In this document: piece after piece, positions 19,299 through 29,784 of the stretch
Position numbering within the stretch: position 1 is the first letter of the stretch
Layout of the letters: each line of letters begins with the position of its first letter
Position numbers and translations under genes: made by a program
The notes under the pieces: generated by a model
The model's database searches: none
Told to the model about the DNA's origin: nothing
Seen by the model: the letters and a program-made list of their open reading frames with translations, nothing else
From: Hyphomicrobiales bacterium
GTDB lineage: Bacteria; Pseudomonadota; Alphaproteobacteria; Rhizobiales; Aestuariivirgaceae
DNA: 64,000 bases
Reading direction: 5' to 3'
NCBI GenBank assembly: GCA_040379425.1
Contig: JBEILC010000001.1
Coordinates: 7,536 to 71,535, forward strand

Positions 19299-19787
19299 TC
19301 AAGAGTCGATTAACCGCAGCATGACGAAGAGAAGGATTGCAAGAACACAAAGAGCCGTTAGACGCAGAAAAGCGAAGCGAGATGGCCCAGCCCGTTCAGC
19401 GCCGCTTGAATTCAAGTCCAGCGCTTCATCGCGGTCTTCGCGGGATGGGGCGAAAGCTGACGCCTGAGCGGCCGTCTGCCAACGCGCCTCATGACGTATG
19501 TAATGCATGTCGCCCAGCCGCCAGTTCAGCCTTCCGCCATCGCCCTCGACCACGATACGGTGCGCCAGCGCGATCGCTGCTTCCCCCGGCAGGAGCGTGA
19601 CAACGTTCGGCTCCTCAACAGCAATGTCCCCCTGAAGGAGGATGTCCCTGATGGCAAGAGGATCACGTGCAACCCGCATCAACTGCTGTTCTTGAAGGTT
19701 CGTCTGAGGCGTGAGCGTACTGCTTTTGCCGATATCCCGGATCAGGTCCGCAGGGCCCTGGCCTCTGGCCGAATCACTCGGAGGCAT
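19299..19787 (-). CDS. Hypothetical protein with C-terminal TM segment, distal end of flagellar operon
   Basis: Co-directional with the flagellar operon; C-terminal hydrophobic helix. Start uncertain (19787 or 19679). Confidence 0.55.
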   Translation of the reverse strand: MPPSDSARGQGPADLIRDIGKSSTLTPQTNLQEQQLMRVARDPLAIRDILLQGDIAVEEPNVVTLLPGEAAIALAHRIVVEGDGGRLNWRLGDMHYIRHEARWQTAAQASAFAPSREDRDEALDLNSSGAERAGPSRFAFLRLTALCVLAILLFVMLRLIDS

Positions 19788-20256
19788 TCCCGCTGCCGAT
19801 CCAGTTGGTGCGGATGTCTTCTCTCTTCACGAAGTTCAACTGCTGCAACAGCACATGGCGTACCAATTCGCCGCCGATCCTCTGATTTGCTTCACGCGCG
19901 ATGGCCGCCGTCAGCTCATCGAGATCCTTGCTCCGCAAACGACGGAAATCCACATCGGTGTTCCCGATGATCACCCGGAACGCCGCATCCACCATGAAAG
20001 GGAGTGGATCCAGCTTTTGTTGCTCCAGCAGCCGCCGGTCGGCTGCGAAAGACAGCTGGAGAATGAGATACCCGATGACCTCACCGTTCCGCATGACCGG
20101 CACGCTGGTCATCTCGGATTTCAATTCCTCGACTCCAAGCTCCGGCTCCTCTGTCGCCGTTTCCGTGCTGCCAGATCTTGTGAGAATGACCGAACCGAAT
20201 GTGGCGCCCGCTGTGACGAGGATGATCCAGACCCCTATTGCAACCAGCTTCAGCAC
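19774..20256 (-). CDS. Flagellar cluster membrane-anchored protein (FliL-like)
   Basis: N-terminal TM (MLKLVAIGVWIILVTAGATF), then TSVPVMRNGEVIGYLILQL; position after flgN as in rhizobial clusters. Confidence 0.65.
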   Translation of the reverse strand: MLKLVAIGVWIILVTAGATFGSVILTRSGSTETATEEPELGVEELKSEMTSVPVMRNGEVIGYLILQLSFAADRRLLEQQKLDPLPFMVDAAFRVIIGNTDVDFRRLRSKDLDELTAAIAREANQRIGGELVRHVLLQQLNFVKREDIRTNWIGSGNASE

Positions 20257-20266
20257 ATGAGTGCCC

Positions 20267-20662
20267 TCAGCTCCGCAACTGGCGGTTACGGGAATAGGTA
20301 CCGTCAGACTCGGCGTCCCGCAAACCCTTGATGATCAGGTCGCTTATCTCTCCCAGTGCACCGATGTGAAGCTTGAGAAGCCCGGAATTCCTCCGCAATC
20401 CATCCGAGAGACGGCGCAGGAGATGTTCACAAGCCCGAGCCGACTGGACTGGATCCTCAGAGCGTTGTGCAGCCATGAGTTCCCGCAGCGCATGGTTCTT
20501 CCTGTCGGTGAAGCCGCCATGAAAGAAAATTCTGTGCTCGGACAGACTGGCATTCTCTTCCTCGATCACCTCAATCAGCCTTACAAGTGCCGGAGCTATC
20601 GCCACGTTCGGGGTGCTTCCTCCTGTCGAAGGGATAGAGGTCATCAGCCGCGCTCTCCGCAC
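20267..20662 (-). CDS. flgN: Flagellar export chaperone FlgN-like
   Basis: Helical protein (LIEVIEEENASL...RKNHAL...DAESDGTYS); follows flgJ. Start may be 20644. Confidence 0.7.
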   Translation of the reverse strand: MRRARLMTSIPSTGGSTPNVAIAPALVRLIEVIEEENASLSEHRIFFHGGFTDRKNHALRELMAAQRSEDPVQSARACEHLLRRLSDGLRRNSGLLKLHIGALGEISDLIIKGLRDAESDGTYSRNRQLRS

Positions 20663-21154
20663 TCAGCCAGCAAAGGCTTCAATTTTTTCGTTGCTGAAGT
20701 ATGGCCACTGCTGTTCAGTTACCGCCAAGCTGCCGCCTTCTCCTGCTGAAAGTGACTGGGCGATGCCCAGCCCTCCGGATTCAGCATAAATGCCAGCGAG
20801 CTGATCAGCCGCCAGCGAACGCCAGACTCCCGCAGACGGTCCCGTACCGAAGGCCCCCGATGATGCATCGGGCAACAGGGACTCGAGGAGATTGCGCAGC
20901 ACCATGCGTTCGAAGTCTGCATAGTTTCCTTGGGAATCCGCCCGGCCAGAGGCCAGGGGCCCATCTGCTACCGTGTGATCCATGGCCAAGGGTTGCGGCG
21001 ATACCCCCATGGCGTCATTCAGCACTCCGGCGAAGGCCGTCGAACCACCGTCACCATCAATCGACCTGAGCTTGCCAGCGGCTGCCTCGATGCGTGCCGG
21101 GTCAGCATTTCGCATGACATCGAGGATGATATCTGAAGGAAGTGAAACGCCCAT
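20663..21154 (-). CDS. flgJ: Rod-binding protein (single-domain FlgJ type, no muramidase domain)
   Basis: FERMVLRNLLESLLP...FGTGPSAGVWRSLAADQLA...GGLGIA rod-binding motif. Confidence 0.75.
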   Translation of the reverse strand: MGVSLPSDIILDVMRNADPARIEAAAGKLRSIDGDGGSTAFAGVLNDAMGVSPQPLAMDHTVADGPLASGRADSQGNYADFERMVLRNLLESLLPDASSGAFGTGPSAGVWRSLAADQLAGIYAESGGLGIAQSLSAGEGGSLAVTEQQWPYFSNEKIEAFAG

Positions 21155-21181
21155 ATGTCATTTTCCGGATCGTTATGCCGG

Positions 21182-21589
21182 TCAGATCAACACATCACGC
21201 TTGCCGGAAGCTTTCGCTGTCATCAGCTGAACTGTCTCAAGCGTGTCCACCTCAGCAGCCTTCCTCTGCTGTGCTTCCCTCAGAATCATCGTCGTGTTGG
21301 AAATCGCTTTCTCACGGAACTTCGCGGCAAGCAGCTTCAGTTGGAGTTCTTCAACAGCATTCCGCGCTTGCTTCCCATTTGACTCCACCTCTGCGAGGCG
21401 GCGCAGCAGCTTTGGCAAGAGCGAGGGCTGTTCCGAGCTTGCCCTCACCGCCATGTCGTCCAGTTCCTTTCCCGCCCTGCTGAGCGCAAGAGCTCTTTGC
21501 TCCGCCTGCTGCACTTGCATTTCTATCGCTTTCACAAGCTTTTGCTGTGCCCGGGCCAACCGGCTCAGGCGATCTGCTTTCGAACTCAC
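21182..21589 (-). CDS. Coiled-coil flagellar protein (FliJ-like)
   Basis: GTG at 21589 overlaps the fliR stop (GTGA); about 135-aa, largely helical/coiled-coil sequence. Confidence 0.55.
   Translation of the reverse strand: MSSKADRLSRLARAQQKLVKAIEMQVQQAEQRALALSRAGKELDDMAVRASSEQPSLLPKLLRRLAEVESNGKQARNAVEELQLKLLAAKFREKAISNTTMILREAQQRKAAEVDTLETVQLMTAKASGKRDVLI
21200..21214 (-). promoter_or_regulatory. Candidate Rem-type class II motif upstream of flgJ
   Basis: - strand AAAG-CTTCCGG-CAAG, matching the motif seen at five other flagellar operon heads. Confidence 0.4.
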
Positions 21590-22344
21590 AGCCCGCCCCG
21601 CACGAGCCATGACCGGTAGGAGTCCGTGAAAACCACGATCCAGTCGATCCATATTGTGTAAAGCAGCAGGAACCCTCCGAGAATGACGACACCCGTCGTC
21701 GCATGATAGACCGAGAGGTGCTGGGCGAAACGGTTGCCGATCCCCAGCGCAAAATTCACGATCACGCCATAGACAAGAAAGGGTGCCGCCAGCCGCAAGG
21801 CCAGCATTGAGGTCTCGCTCACCACCCCCACCATATTGGACATCAACGCCTGGACCGCGAAGGGAGGCCCTGGCTTGAGCACGCCATATGAATCAAGGAC
21901 AGCCGTCAGAAGTTCGACATGAAGTCCCATCGTGAAGACCAGCATTACGGCAGCGGTTGACACCAATGTCGCGAGCGGAGAGCCTGTGTCTTCCTCCAGT
22001 GGAATACCAGGAATGCCTGCAAGGCCGATGAAGTTGGAGATCGCCGTTGCGGCAAACTGAAGGGCGAGAAAGAAGAACCGCGCCATGAGCCCGATCGAGG
22101 AGCCGATGATGGTCTCTGACAGGATCATGTATACCTGCTGCTCCCTGGATACCGGTGAGAGGGCCGTCATTATCTGGCCGTGAATGATCGGAGCGACAGC
22201 GGCCGTCAGGGCCAGAGCGGCGAATAACCGGACCTGCATGGGAATGCGGGGACTGGAAAAGCCTGGCGCGAAGAGCAGGCAGCCGCCGATGCGGCAGAAC
22301 AGCAGGAAAAGCCCGAAGAGCTGATCCTCCACGGACGCCATCAC
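21586..22344 (-). CDS. fliR: Flagellar export apparatus protein FliR
   Basis: [25 protein letters not shown]; multi-TM; follows flhA. Confidence 0.92.
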   Translation of the reverse strand: MMASVEDQLFGLFLLFCRIGGCLLFAPGFSSPRIPMQVRLFAALALTAAVAPIIHGQIMTALSPVSREQQVYMILSETIIGSSIGLMARFFFLALQFAATAISNFIGLAGIPGIPLEEDTGSPLATLVSTAAVMLVFTMGLHVELLTAVLDSYGVLKPGPPFAVQALMSNMVGVVSETSMLALRLAAPFLVYGVIVNFALGIGNRFAQHLSVYHATTGVVILGGFLLLYTIWIDWIVVFTDSYRSWLVRGGL

Positions 22345-24437
22345 GATAGCGAGGCCATCACGTCGAGCTTCACTCCCTTGGCAATCTCAATATGTGACAA
22401 AACCGGCAGGGTGGGGAAAAGCCGGTCCACGATAAGCCGAACATAGGGGCGCGCCTCGGGTGCAGTGACCAGCGTGAACTGCTCTCCCCTGTCAAGAAAA
22501 CCCTTCACGAGACTCGTCAGCTCAGCTGCAAACTGTTCGATCAGGCGAGGGTCGATGTCGAACTCTATGATGTCTCCCTTCGCGTCGCGCTTGAGGCTTT
22601 GCATGAAGGCGATGTCCCACCGGTTTCCGAGGCGCACGATTCTGAGCACGCCATCCTGAGCCAGGTCGCCACAAATCTGCTGTGCGAGGCGAAGCCTGAC
22701 ATGCTCGACGATCATCTCCGGCTTGCGAACATGCGGTACCACCTCCGCGATGGCCTCCAGGATGAGGTGCAAGTTCCGGATCGACACGCGTTCGGCAAGC
22801 AGAAGCTTGAGAATGGCCTGAAAACCCGAGAATGAGAGAAGCGATGGACAAGTTTCGTCCAAAAGCCGCTTGTACTCCGGGTCGAGCCTGTCCGTGAGCG
22901 CGCGAAGGTCCTTGTAGGACATGAGGGTGCCGAGATTGTTGCGGATGACCTCGGAGAGATGCGTGAGCATGACGGACATCGGGTCTACCGGCACATGTCC
23001 CAGCGATCGGAGTTCGGCTGCAAAGACATCTGGATACCAATAGGCCTCCATGCCAAAGGCGGGCTCGCGTACCTCATCACCGGGAAGCTCCGGCTTGGGC
23101 TTTGCCCCTGGGATAACCAGCAGTTCACCTAGGCGGAGCTCAAAGGTCGCAGCGTTGGTTCCGTGGATGCGGATGACATAGCTCTTGGGTGGTATCAACA
23201 GGTCGTCGCTCAGGCGAATGTCGGGAATGACGAAGCCAAAATCCTGAGCAAACCGGCGCCGCATCTTCCCGACGCGGTGCGCCAATTCGCCGTGGGCGAT
23301 CAGCATCGCGCTCGAGATCTGGCGGCCCAGGCGAAGTTCGATCTCAGCGGTGCGCAGCAATTCCTTCACCGAGTTCCGTTCGTCCTCCTTCCGTGAGGCT
23401 TCCTCCTGAAGTGATTTCTCGGCGGCCACCTGCTCGCTTCGCCGATTCTGCCGCATGACCGCGAGCGCGCCGGTCACAACCACGGCGGAGAGTGCCGCAA
23501 AGGGCACGAACGGAAGACCGGGGATGAGCGAGAGGACCCCCAGGAGACCGCCTGATACAAACAAGGCGCGAGGATAGGCACCAAGCTGAAGAAAGATCGT
23601 CTCCTGTGCGGCGCCCTTGTTTCCGCCCTTGGAGACGAGCAGGCCGGCTGCAAGTGAGACGATGAGTGCTGGAATCTGGGTGACAAGCCCATCTCCGACC
23701 GAGAGCTGGACATAGACATCAGAGGAGTCCCGGAAGCTCATACCGTGCCGGAACATCCCGATAATGATTCCGCCGATGATGTTGACACCCGTAATGATGA
23801 TGCCGGCGATCGCATCGCCACGGACGAATTTGGATGCACCATCCATCGAGCCGAAGAAGGCGCTCTCCTGCTCCAGTTCGGACCGCCTGCGCCGGGCCTC
23901 CTTCTCGTCGATTAGGCCAGCTGACAGGTCTGCATCAATCGCCATCTGCTTTCCGGGAATGGCGTCGAGCGTGAAACGCGCACCCACCTCGGCAATGCGT
24001 GTGGCGCCCTTGGTGATGACGACGAAGTTGATGGTGATGAGAATGAGAAAGACGATGACGCCGATGACAAAGTCACCGGCCATGACCAGCTTCGCAAACC
24101 CTCCCACCATATGGCCCGCAGCCGTTGGACCCTCGTGGCCATGCGCCAGGATGAGGCGCGTTGTGGCGACGTTGAGAGCCAGACGAAGCATCGTGGCGAT
24201 CAGGAGCACGGTGGGAAAGGCCGAGAAATCCAGCGGCCGGGGGATCCACAGCGCGACCATGAGGATCACCACCGAGAGAGAGATCGATAGCGCCAATCCC
24301 ATGTCAAGGAGGAAGGGTGGAATGGGCAGAAAAAGCACGATGACAATCGCAATCACGCCGATGGCGAACCCAACGTCGCGATTGGATGTCATCAGGCCTT
24401 GCGCTTGCAAGGGTGGAATCTTTGTCACATCAGACAT
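22341..24437 (-). CDS. flhA: Flagellar export gate protein FlhA
   Basis: [61 protein letters not shown]. Confidence 0.97.
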   Translation of the reverse strand: MSDVTKIPPLQAQGLMTSNRDVGFAIGVIAIVIVLFLPIPPFLLDMGLALSISLSVVILMVALWIPRPLDFSAFPTVLLIATMLRLALNVATTRLILAHGHEGPTAAGHMVGGFAKLVMAGDFVIGVIVFLILITINFVVITKGATRIAEVGARFTLDAIPGKQMAIDADLSAGLIDEKEARRRRSELEQESAFFGSMDGASKFVRGDAIAGIIITGVNIIGGIIIGMFRHGMSFRDSSDVYVQLSVGDGLVTQIPALIVSLAAGLLVSKGGNKGAAQETIFLQLGAYPRALFVSGGLLGVLSLIPGLPFVPFAALSAVVVTGALAVMRQNRRSEQVAAEKSLQEEASRKEDERNSVKELLRTAEIELRLGRQISSAMLIAHGELAHRVGKMRRRFAQDFGFVIPDIRLSDDLLIPPKSYVIRIHGTNAATFELRLGELLVIPGAKPKPELPGDEVREPAFGMEAYWYPDVFAAELRSLGHVPVDPMSVMLTHLSEVIRNNLGTLMSYKDLRALTDRLDPEYKRLLDETCPSLLSFSGFQAILKLLLAERVSIRNLHLILEAIAEVVPHVRKPEMIVEHVRLRLAQQICGDLAQDGVLRIVRLGNRWDIAFMQSLKRDAKGDIIEFDIDPRLIEQFAAELTSLVKGFLDRGEQFTLVTAPEARPYVRLIVDRLFPTLPVLSHIEIAKGVKLDVMASLS

Positions 24438-24482
24438 GGTGATGCATTCGAAACAGACTCAGACGAGTGGTGCCGAACGGGC

Positions 24483-24749
24483 TCAAAAGCCGGTCGCGAT
24501 ATGTGCGTAGACCTGCTCGGTGAAGCTCATCAGCTGGGCTGCCGCGACTGGAGCCAGAAGCAGAAGGGCCGCAAAGATCGCGAGGATCTTCGGAACGAAG
24601 GTGAGCGTAGCCTCCTGCACCTGGGTCAACGCCTGTATAAGTGCGATAACGACGCCCACCAGTGTCGCCGCTCCCACCGCTGGGCCGGACCCGACGATCA
24701 CGGCCCACAGTGCATCCTGCACGAGCTTCAATGCATCGGCTTCGTTCAT
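24483..24749 (-). CDS. fliQ: Flagellar export protein FliQ
   Basis: IQALTQVQEATLTFVPK signature. Confidence 0.95.
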   Translation of the reverse strand: MNEADALKLVQDALWAVIVGSGPAVGAATLVGVVIALIQALTQVQEATLTFVPKILAIFAALLLLAPVAAAQLMSFTEQVYAHIATGF

Positions 24750-25156
24750 GTGCCGGTTATCTTGTAACCGCCAGACAAGGCAAGCCGCTTACCGCCATCC
24801 AGAACAGCGATGAGACCTTGAGAGCCGTTCTCCACCGCGGTCACAACGCCAGAGATTGAGCCATTGAGACTGCTGACATTCTTGCCGACCATCGTTGCGG
24901 CGAGCGTCGCGGAGGCTGACGAAACCAGGCTGTCGAGCTTCTCGTTCAGCTTGATCGACTGTTCCACATTGGAGAAGCTGGCAAGCTGCGACAATGTCTG
25001 CGCCGGATCATTGGGCTTCATTGGATCCTGGTTCTTCATCTGTGCAATGAAAAGGCGGAGAAAGGCATTGTAGTCGAGCGTGCTCTTCGCGGCATCGGGA
25101 TTGGCCTGCCGTGCAGGGGAGACAATGGAACTCGTTGCAGGAACGCTCGTCATCAT
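24746..25156 (-). CDS. flgD: Hook assembly (capping) protein FlgD
   Basis: LDYNAFLRLFIAQMKNQDPMKP...LSQLASFSNVEQ. ATG 25156 overlaps the flbT stop. Confidence 0.93.
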   Translation of the reverse strand: MMTSVPATSSIVSPARQANPDAAKSTLDYNAFLRLFIAQMKNQDPMKPNDPAQTLSQLASFSNVEQSIKLNEKLDSLVSSASATLAATMVGKNVSSLNGSISGVVTAVENGSQGLIAVLDGGKRLALSGGYKITGT

Positions 25157-25548
25157 GCGGCCTCCTCGCCTTCGGAGAGGCTCAGCTTCTCCTTCGTGAA
25201 GCATCCTCTGAGGATCTTGAGCGCATCGAAATAGCGCCCTTCCGCAACTTTCTGGTCCGCACTGTCGATCTGCTGCTGGAGCGTCTCGTCTGCTATCTGC
25301 TGCTTGGTGCGGAAGGAGAGGTGCTTATAGAGTTCAGCCGTCATCCCCGCGTTGACCGGGTCCATCAGCATGCTCTGCACGACGAAGTAGAGCTTCCGTT
25401 CAGGAGTTTTCGCGTCTTCCGCCTGCATCACGTGGTTCTCGAGCAGGAAAGTCACGTCATTCAGGAATTCCAAGGAAGTTCGTCTGTCGACCCTCAGCAC
25501 TGCGCCATTGACGTAGAGCTTCTCCCCGCGCTTCAGGTGTATGAACAT
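25153..25548 (-). CDS. flbT: Flagellin translational regulator FlbT
   Basis: LKRGEKLYVNGAVLR...FLLENHVMQAEDAKTP..LYFVVQ. Confidence 0.93.
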   Translation of the reverse strand: MFIHLKRGEKLYVNGAVLRVDRRTSLEFLNDVTFLLENHVMQAEDAKTPERKLYFVVQSMLMDPVNAGMTAELYKHLSFRTKQQIADETLQQQIDSADQKVAEGRYFDALKILRGCFTKEKLSLSEGEEAA

Positions 25549-25549
25549 G

Positions 25550-25903
25550 CTAGTGGTTTCCCAGTCCCTTTCTGATTGATTCAGAAATCTCGATCAGTGC
25601 CGCGAAGTCCTCGGCGCCGCCCTGACGAATCTCTTCCGTACGGCGCAGCACCCAGATGCCAATCGATATGAGGCTTGCCTTGAGTGAATCAGGAAGGCCG
25701 TTCTCGCTATCCGCCAGATCTTCGAGCAGGACCACCCAAAGACGATTTACGAACAGGAGTGCTTCCGCCGACTCCCGGCTGCCGCGCCCGGCCATCTGCG
25801 CGGTCTTCAGCAGTGCGATTGCCTTGTCGAAGGCGCGCTTCTCGTTCTCGCGGATCTGCTCCGTCGTCTCTTCAAGCATCGCCCGGTAGGTTGCTTCGTA
25901 CAT
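25550..25903 (-). CDS. flaF: Flagellar biosynthesis regulator FlaF
   Basis: EALLFVNRLW...LEDLADSENGLP..LKASLISIGIWV. Confidence 0.92.
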   Translation of the reverse strand: MYEATYRAMLEETTEQIRENEKRAFDKAIALLKTAQMAGRGSRESAEALLFVNRLWVVLLEDLADSENGLPDSLKASLISIGIWVLRRTEEIRQGGAEDFAALIEISESIRKGLGNH

Positions 25904-25932
25904 CAGCCGTCTTCCCCGTTTCCCGCTGTCTC

Positions 25933-26973
25933 TCAGATGTAGGAGAGCAGGCTTAGTCTGTTGATGCGCCCTGTAAGGGCATAGGAACTCTCGAGTTGCG
26001 TCATCAGCAGGTTCACACGCGTAGCCGCCTCATAGGTATCCACACCCTCCAGCGCCTGAATCGCCGTCTGCAGCTTAACCTTCGACGCATCAAGGGACTG
26101 GCTTGCCAGTTTCAACCGGCTCTCTGCGGTGCCAATCCGTGCTTGTTCCATGCCGATCTGCAATTGTGCTTCGGAGATCCGCGCCAATGCCCGGTCAGCC
26201 ACGGCCTGGAATGCATCGCGCCCGACGCGGCTCTCTCCGAGCACCTCGATCATCGCCAAGGCCTGGGACATGCTCCGCGCAAAGGAGGCGTTGGCGCTGG
26301 CCTGAAGGTCGATCATACCCCCCGAACTCAACCGGAACACCGGACCATCCTCGGATGCCGACGACCAGGTGGATGACCACTGGGCATCCGTGAAAAGATC
26401 TGCAAAGGCTCCGTCGAGAAATCCTTCAATGTCATTTGCCGACAAGGCAGACGCCGCTGGATCGGACGGCGGAAAGCCAAAGCTTGTCGTGAAGGCGTCG
26501 ATGACCGCCTGGCGCGGCCCCAAGTGATAGGGTGTGAGCGGAGCGGACTCCGTCATCAGCCCGCCAAAGATGTACTGCCCGTCATAGGTCGTGGATAGTG
26601 TGTTCTGGAGCGCGTCGAGCGATACGCGCGCGGTCTGGCCCGCCAGCCTCATGCCGTCATGGGCGGTTCGCGCACCGCCCAGCATGGACTGAAAGTCTTT
26701 CGCCAGTTGAGTGAGTGCTGAGAAGGATGCCTGTGTGACGCCTGCGCGGATGGAAGCCTGCTTTGCCCGCTCTACATCGCTCGTCACGGCATCGAGCTCG
26801 AGCCTCAGTGTAAGGGTGGACCCGATGCGCGAGCCAAGAGCCAGGCCCATGTCGGCGTGGCGGCCGGTCGTTGCTTCGCGCTGAGCCTCGGCAAGGCGCA
26901 TCTGGCCTTCCGCGATGCTGAGGCGCGGAATTTGTGATAGGAGTCTGGAGGAGATCGGATCCAGCCTTGTCAT
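25933..26973 (-). CDS. flgL: Hook-associated protein 3
   Basis: LAEAQREATTG, YDGQYIFGG, C-terminal LEGVDTYEAATRV...LESSYALT..LSLLSYI. Confidence 0.9.
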   Translation of the reverse strand: MTRLDPISSRLLSQIPRLSIAEGQMRLAEAQREATTGRHADMGLALGSRIGSTLTLRLELDAVTSDVERAKQASIRAGVTQASFSALTQLAKDFQSMLGGARTAHDGMRLAGQTARVSLDALQNTLSTTYDGQYIFGGLMTESAPLTPYHLGPRQAVIDAFTTSFGFPPSDPAASALSANDIEGFLDGAFADLFTDAQWSSTWSSASEDGPVFRLSSGGMIDLQASANASFARSMSQALAMIEVLGESRVGRDAFQAVADRALARISEAQLQIGMEQARIGTAESRLKLASQSLDASKVKLQTAIQALEGVDTYEAATRVNLLMTQLESSYALTGRINRLSLLSYI

Positions 26974-28442
26974 CAGCGCACGGCCTCCATCAGAGCGGCC
27001 AGCATGGCATCGACGGTCGCCATGACCTTGGCTGAAGCCTGGTAGCTCTTTTCGAGGTCGAGCAAGGCTGCCATCTCCTGGTCAATGCTCACGCCGCTGA
27101 TCCGCGCCAGCGACTCGTCCGCCCGTGCCTGAATGGCCTTGGCGAAGTCCAATGACTTCTGAGCTCCCTGGCGGGCCGCCTCAACCCATGCGGAAGACTG
27201 TACGCTCAGGGCCTTCAAAGTGACGGAGCCGCCGATCCCAGAGGCCTGACCGAAGTTCCGCACCGTATCGATCGCATCGGCAAGTTCGGCGATGCGGCCC
27301 TGGTAACCCGGTTGGGAGAGGCTGTTCGAGACGTAGGCTGGCCCGCCGAAACCGCCATCGCGCAACAACGTCACTGAACCGCCCTGCTGCGGATCAGCCA
27401 GCGCATTGATGCTGAGCCAGGCGGCAAGGCCCGCGGGCGGATTTGTCAGCGGCGGCAGTCCGTCTCCGCCGCCCAGGAAGAGGCCTTCGCGATCGGGCAA
27501 GGATCCCGGAACAGTTGTATTGCGCTCGGCGAAACTGTTGATGAGGCCTGCGGCGATCTGGTCAAGTTGGGCGGAAAAGCGGGGCGCTGATACGTCTCTG
27601 ACCTGCGCGTATGCCGCAAGCTTTCCGCCAGAGAGGGGCATGGGTGCCCCTTCTCCTGTGACCGCCACGCCATCGATCAGCACCGCATGTCCTGAAGTGC
27701 CGGGCGGCAGAGGTTGCGTGGATGCGAGGCTGACACTGCGAGGGCTCGACTCGAAGAGCACTGCACCGCCCTCAGCATAGATCAGTATGTCATTGTTGGG
27801 CCGTACCGCTGTGCGGATGCCAAGCTCCGCGGATAGCTGCCTGAGAATTGCATCGCGCTGGTCGAGCGTTTCGGCGAGTTCTGCCGCAGTGCCCTGGCCG
27901 CGGACGACGCCGTCATTCACCACCTTGAACTGCGCCAGCAGATTGTTGATGCGTTCGACTGAACCTACCATTGCAGCGTCAGCCTCGGATCGAATGAGCG
28001 TGACTTCGCCTGAAGCCCGGTTGAGTCTCTCCGTCAGGGTGCGGGCGGCTTCGAGGGCATTTTGCCCGAGTATCACGCTGGCGGGATTGGACTCATGGGC
28101 ACGGAGCGCTGTCTGCATCGCCCCCACGCCGGCAGCGATCGAGCCTGCGTCCTGCGGATCGCCAGAAAGGCCGCTCATACGTGACAGTGAGTCGAAGATG
28201 ACCTGTTTTCCCTCGGCATCGCTGCTGGATGAGAGAAGCTTGTCGAGCAACTGGCGGTCGGTGTTGCGGCGAATGGCAGATACCATCGGCGCACCACCAG
28301 GCAGTGTCTGCAATTCCGCGGTCTTGCGGGTATAGTTCTCGTCTCCCGCATTGGTGACGTTGCGGGCCACCAGCGCTGACTGCGCGGCGGAAACGGAGAG
28401 CCCCGCGAGAGCAAGGTTCAGTGCAGAGGAAATACTTGCCAT
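26973..28442 (-). CDS. flgK: Hook-associated protein 1
   Basis: ARNVTNAGDENYTRK, LDQRDAIL, GVSIDQEMAALLDLEKSYQASAKV. Confidence 0.92.
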   Translation of the reverse strand: MASISSALNLALAGLSVSAAQSALVARNVTNAGDENYTRKTAELQTLPGGAPMVSAIRRNTDRQLLDKLLSSSSDAEGKQVIFDSLSRMSGLSGDPQDAGSIAAGVGAMQTALRAHESNPASVILGQNALEAARTLTERLNRASGEVTLIRSEADAAMVGSVERINNLLAQFKVVNDGVVRGQGTAAELAETLDQRDAILRQLSAELGIRTAVRPNNDILIYAEGGAVLFESSPRSVSLASTQPLPPGTSGHAVLIDGVAVTGEGAPMPLSGGKLAAYAQVRDVSAPRFSAQLDQIAAGLINSFAERNTTVPGSLPDREGLFLGGGDGLPPLTNPPAGLAAWLSINALADPQQGGSVTLLRDGGFGGPAYVSNSLSQPGYQGRIAELADAIDTVRNFGQASGIGGSVTLKALSVQSSAWVEAARQGAQKSLDFAKAIQARADESLARISGVSIDQEMAALLDLEKSYQASAKVMATVDAMLAALMEAVR

Positions 28443-28473
28443 CGCTGGGGCCTCATGCCGCCATCAGTTGGGA

Positions 28474-29724
28474 TTATCTCTTCAGGTTCACCAGAACGTC
28501 CATCAGCTCGGCCCCGGTCTGGAAGACCTTGGAATTGGCGGTATAGCTTCGCTGGGCGTCGATCATGGACGTCAGTTCGCCTGCAAGATCGACGGTCGAT
28601 TGCTCAAGTGAGCCGGACATGATGTCACCGAGCCCGTCCGACTGGCTGAACCCGATGCTGATCGCCCCTGACGTCGCGGATGCAGAATAGACATTGCCTG
28701 TCAGCGGCGTCAGATTATCGGTGCTTGTCACCTGCCCAAGCGGGATCCGGAAGATGGGAACGCGGGTGCCGGACTTAGCAACTGCATAGACATATCCATC
28801 CTTGGCGAATTCAATTCTCTCTGGTCTTCCTGCGGGCGAACCATTGGCTGTGGCGGACAGGACGTTGAAATTCGCCGCGAGCTGTGTGGTTCCGCCAATA
28901 TTCAATGTGAGGCCGATGCCGCCAGGCACGGTGAAGGTTATCTGGTCTGCCTGCCCTGGTACGAAATTGCCATTCGTACCGAAGTTGAGGTCTTCGGTGG
29001 CGAGTGGGCCAGAAGTATAGGGAAAACCTCCGGACTGAGACGCGGCCCTACTGTCGAAGATCGCCATCTCCCAGGTGCTATCATCGAATTTCGTATAGTA
29101 GACGTCCAGCTTCACCTCAGACCCGAGGGAATCGAACACGGTCAGGGAGGTCTTGGCAGAGAACTGGGCACTCGCTGTGTTTCCCGAGGGGAGATTGCCC
29201 AGCGCAACTTCTGCAGCAGCCGAGGGGAGGTTGGCTCTGAGATTGCCGCTGGACGACGGCGTGGCCGTCAAAGCAGTAGTTGATATGTTGACGGGCAACA
29301 GCTCACCAAGGTTCTCGGGATCTGTGGAATCGACTCTGTAGCCCAAAAGCTTGAAGCCCGCGGCGTTGACGAGATCGCCGTCATCATCAGGAATGAAGGA
29401 GCCCGCGCGCGTCAGATAGGGCGATCCCTCGCCGTCGGACACGAGGAAGAAACCATTGCCGCTGATGGCGAGGTCAGTCGCTGAAGATGTCGTGGTGAGG
29501 CCGCCCTGGGCGCCAATGTGGTAACGTACCTTCGTCAGCACAGACCCGCTCTCGTAGTCACTATCTGCATTTGACAGGAGGAGTGTCGAGAATTGGCTGG
29601 AGACGGCCTTGTATCCGGTCGTATTGACGTTGGCGACGTTGTCTGCCACGGACGACAGCCGAGCGGCCTGGGCATTCATGCCCGATGCACCGGTTCTCAT
29701 CACGCCATACAGGCTCATCGTCAC
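28474..29724 (-). CDS. flgE: Flagellar hook protein
   Basis: ADNVANVNTTGYK, DLAISGNGFF, LTRAGSF, LEQSTVDLAGELTSMIDAQRSYTANSKV. ATG 29718 has the better RBS spacing. Confidence 0.95.
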   Translation of the reverse strand: MTMSLYGVMRTGASGMNAQAARLSSVADNVANVNTTGYKAVSSQFSTLLLSNADSDYESGSVLTKVRYHIGAQGGLTTTSSATDLAISGNGFFLVSDGEGSPYLTRAGSFIPDDDGDLVNAAGFKLLGYRVDSTDPENLGELLPVNISTTALTATPSSSGNLRANLPSAAAEVALGNLPSGNTASAQFSAKTSLTVFDSLGSEVKLDVYYTKFDDSTWEMAIFDSRAASQSGGFPYTSGPLATEDLNFGTNGNFVPGQADQITFTVPGGIGLTLNIGGTTQLAANFNVLSATANGSPAGRPERIEFAKDGYVYAVAKSGTRVPIFRIPLGQVTSTDNLTPLTGNVYSASATSGAISIGFSQSDGLGDIMSGSLEQSTVDLAGELTSMIDAQRSYTANSKVFQTGAELMDVLVNLKR

Positions 29725-29764
29725 CTCCCATTACATTCGAGTTTGGTGACTCTGCATCACCAGT

Positions 29765-29779
29765 CTTGTGCCGGACTGA
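29765..29779 (-). promoter_or_regulatory. Candidate Rem-type class II motif upstream of flgE
   Basis: - strand TCAG-TCCGGCA-CAAG in the slt-flgE spacer. Confidence 0.5.
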
Positions 29780-29784
29780 CGCCG

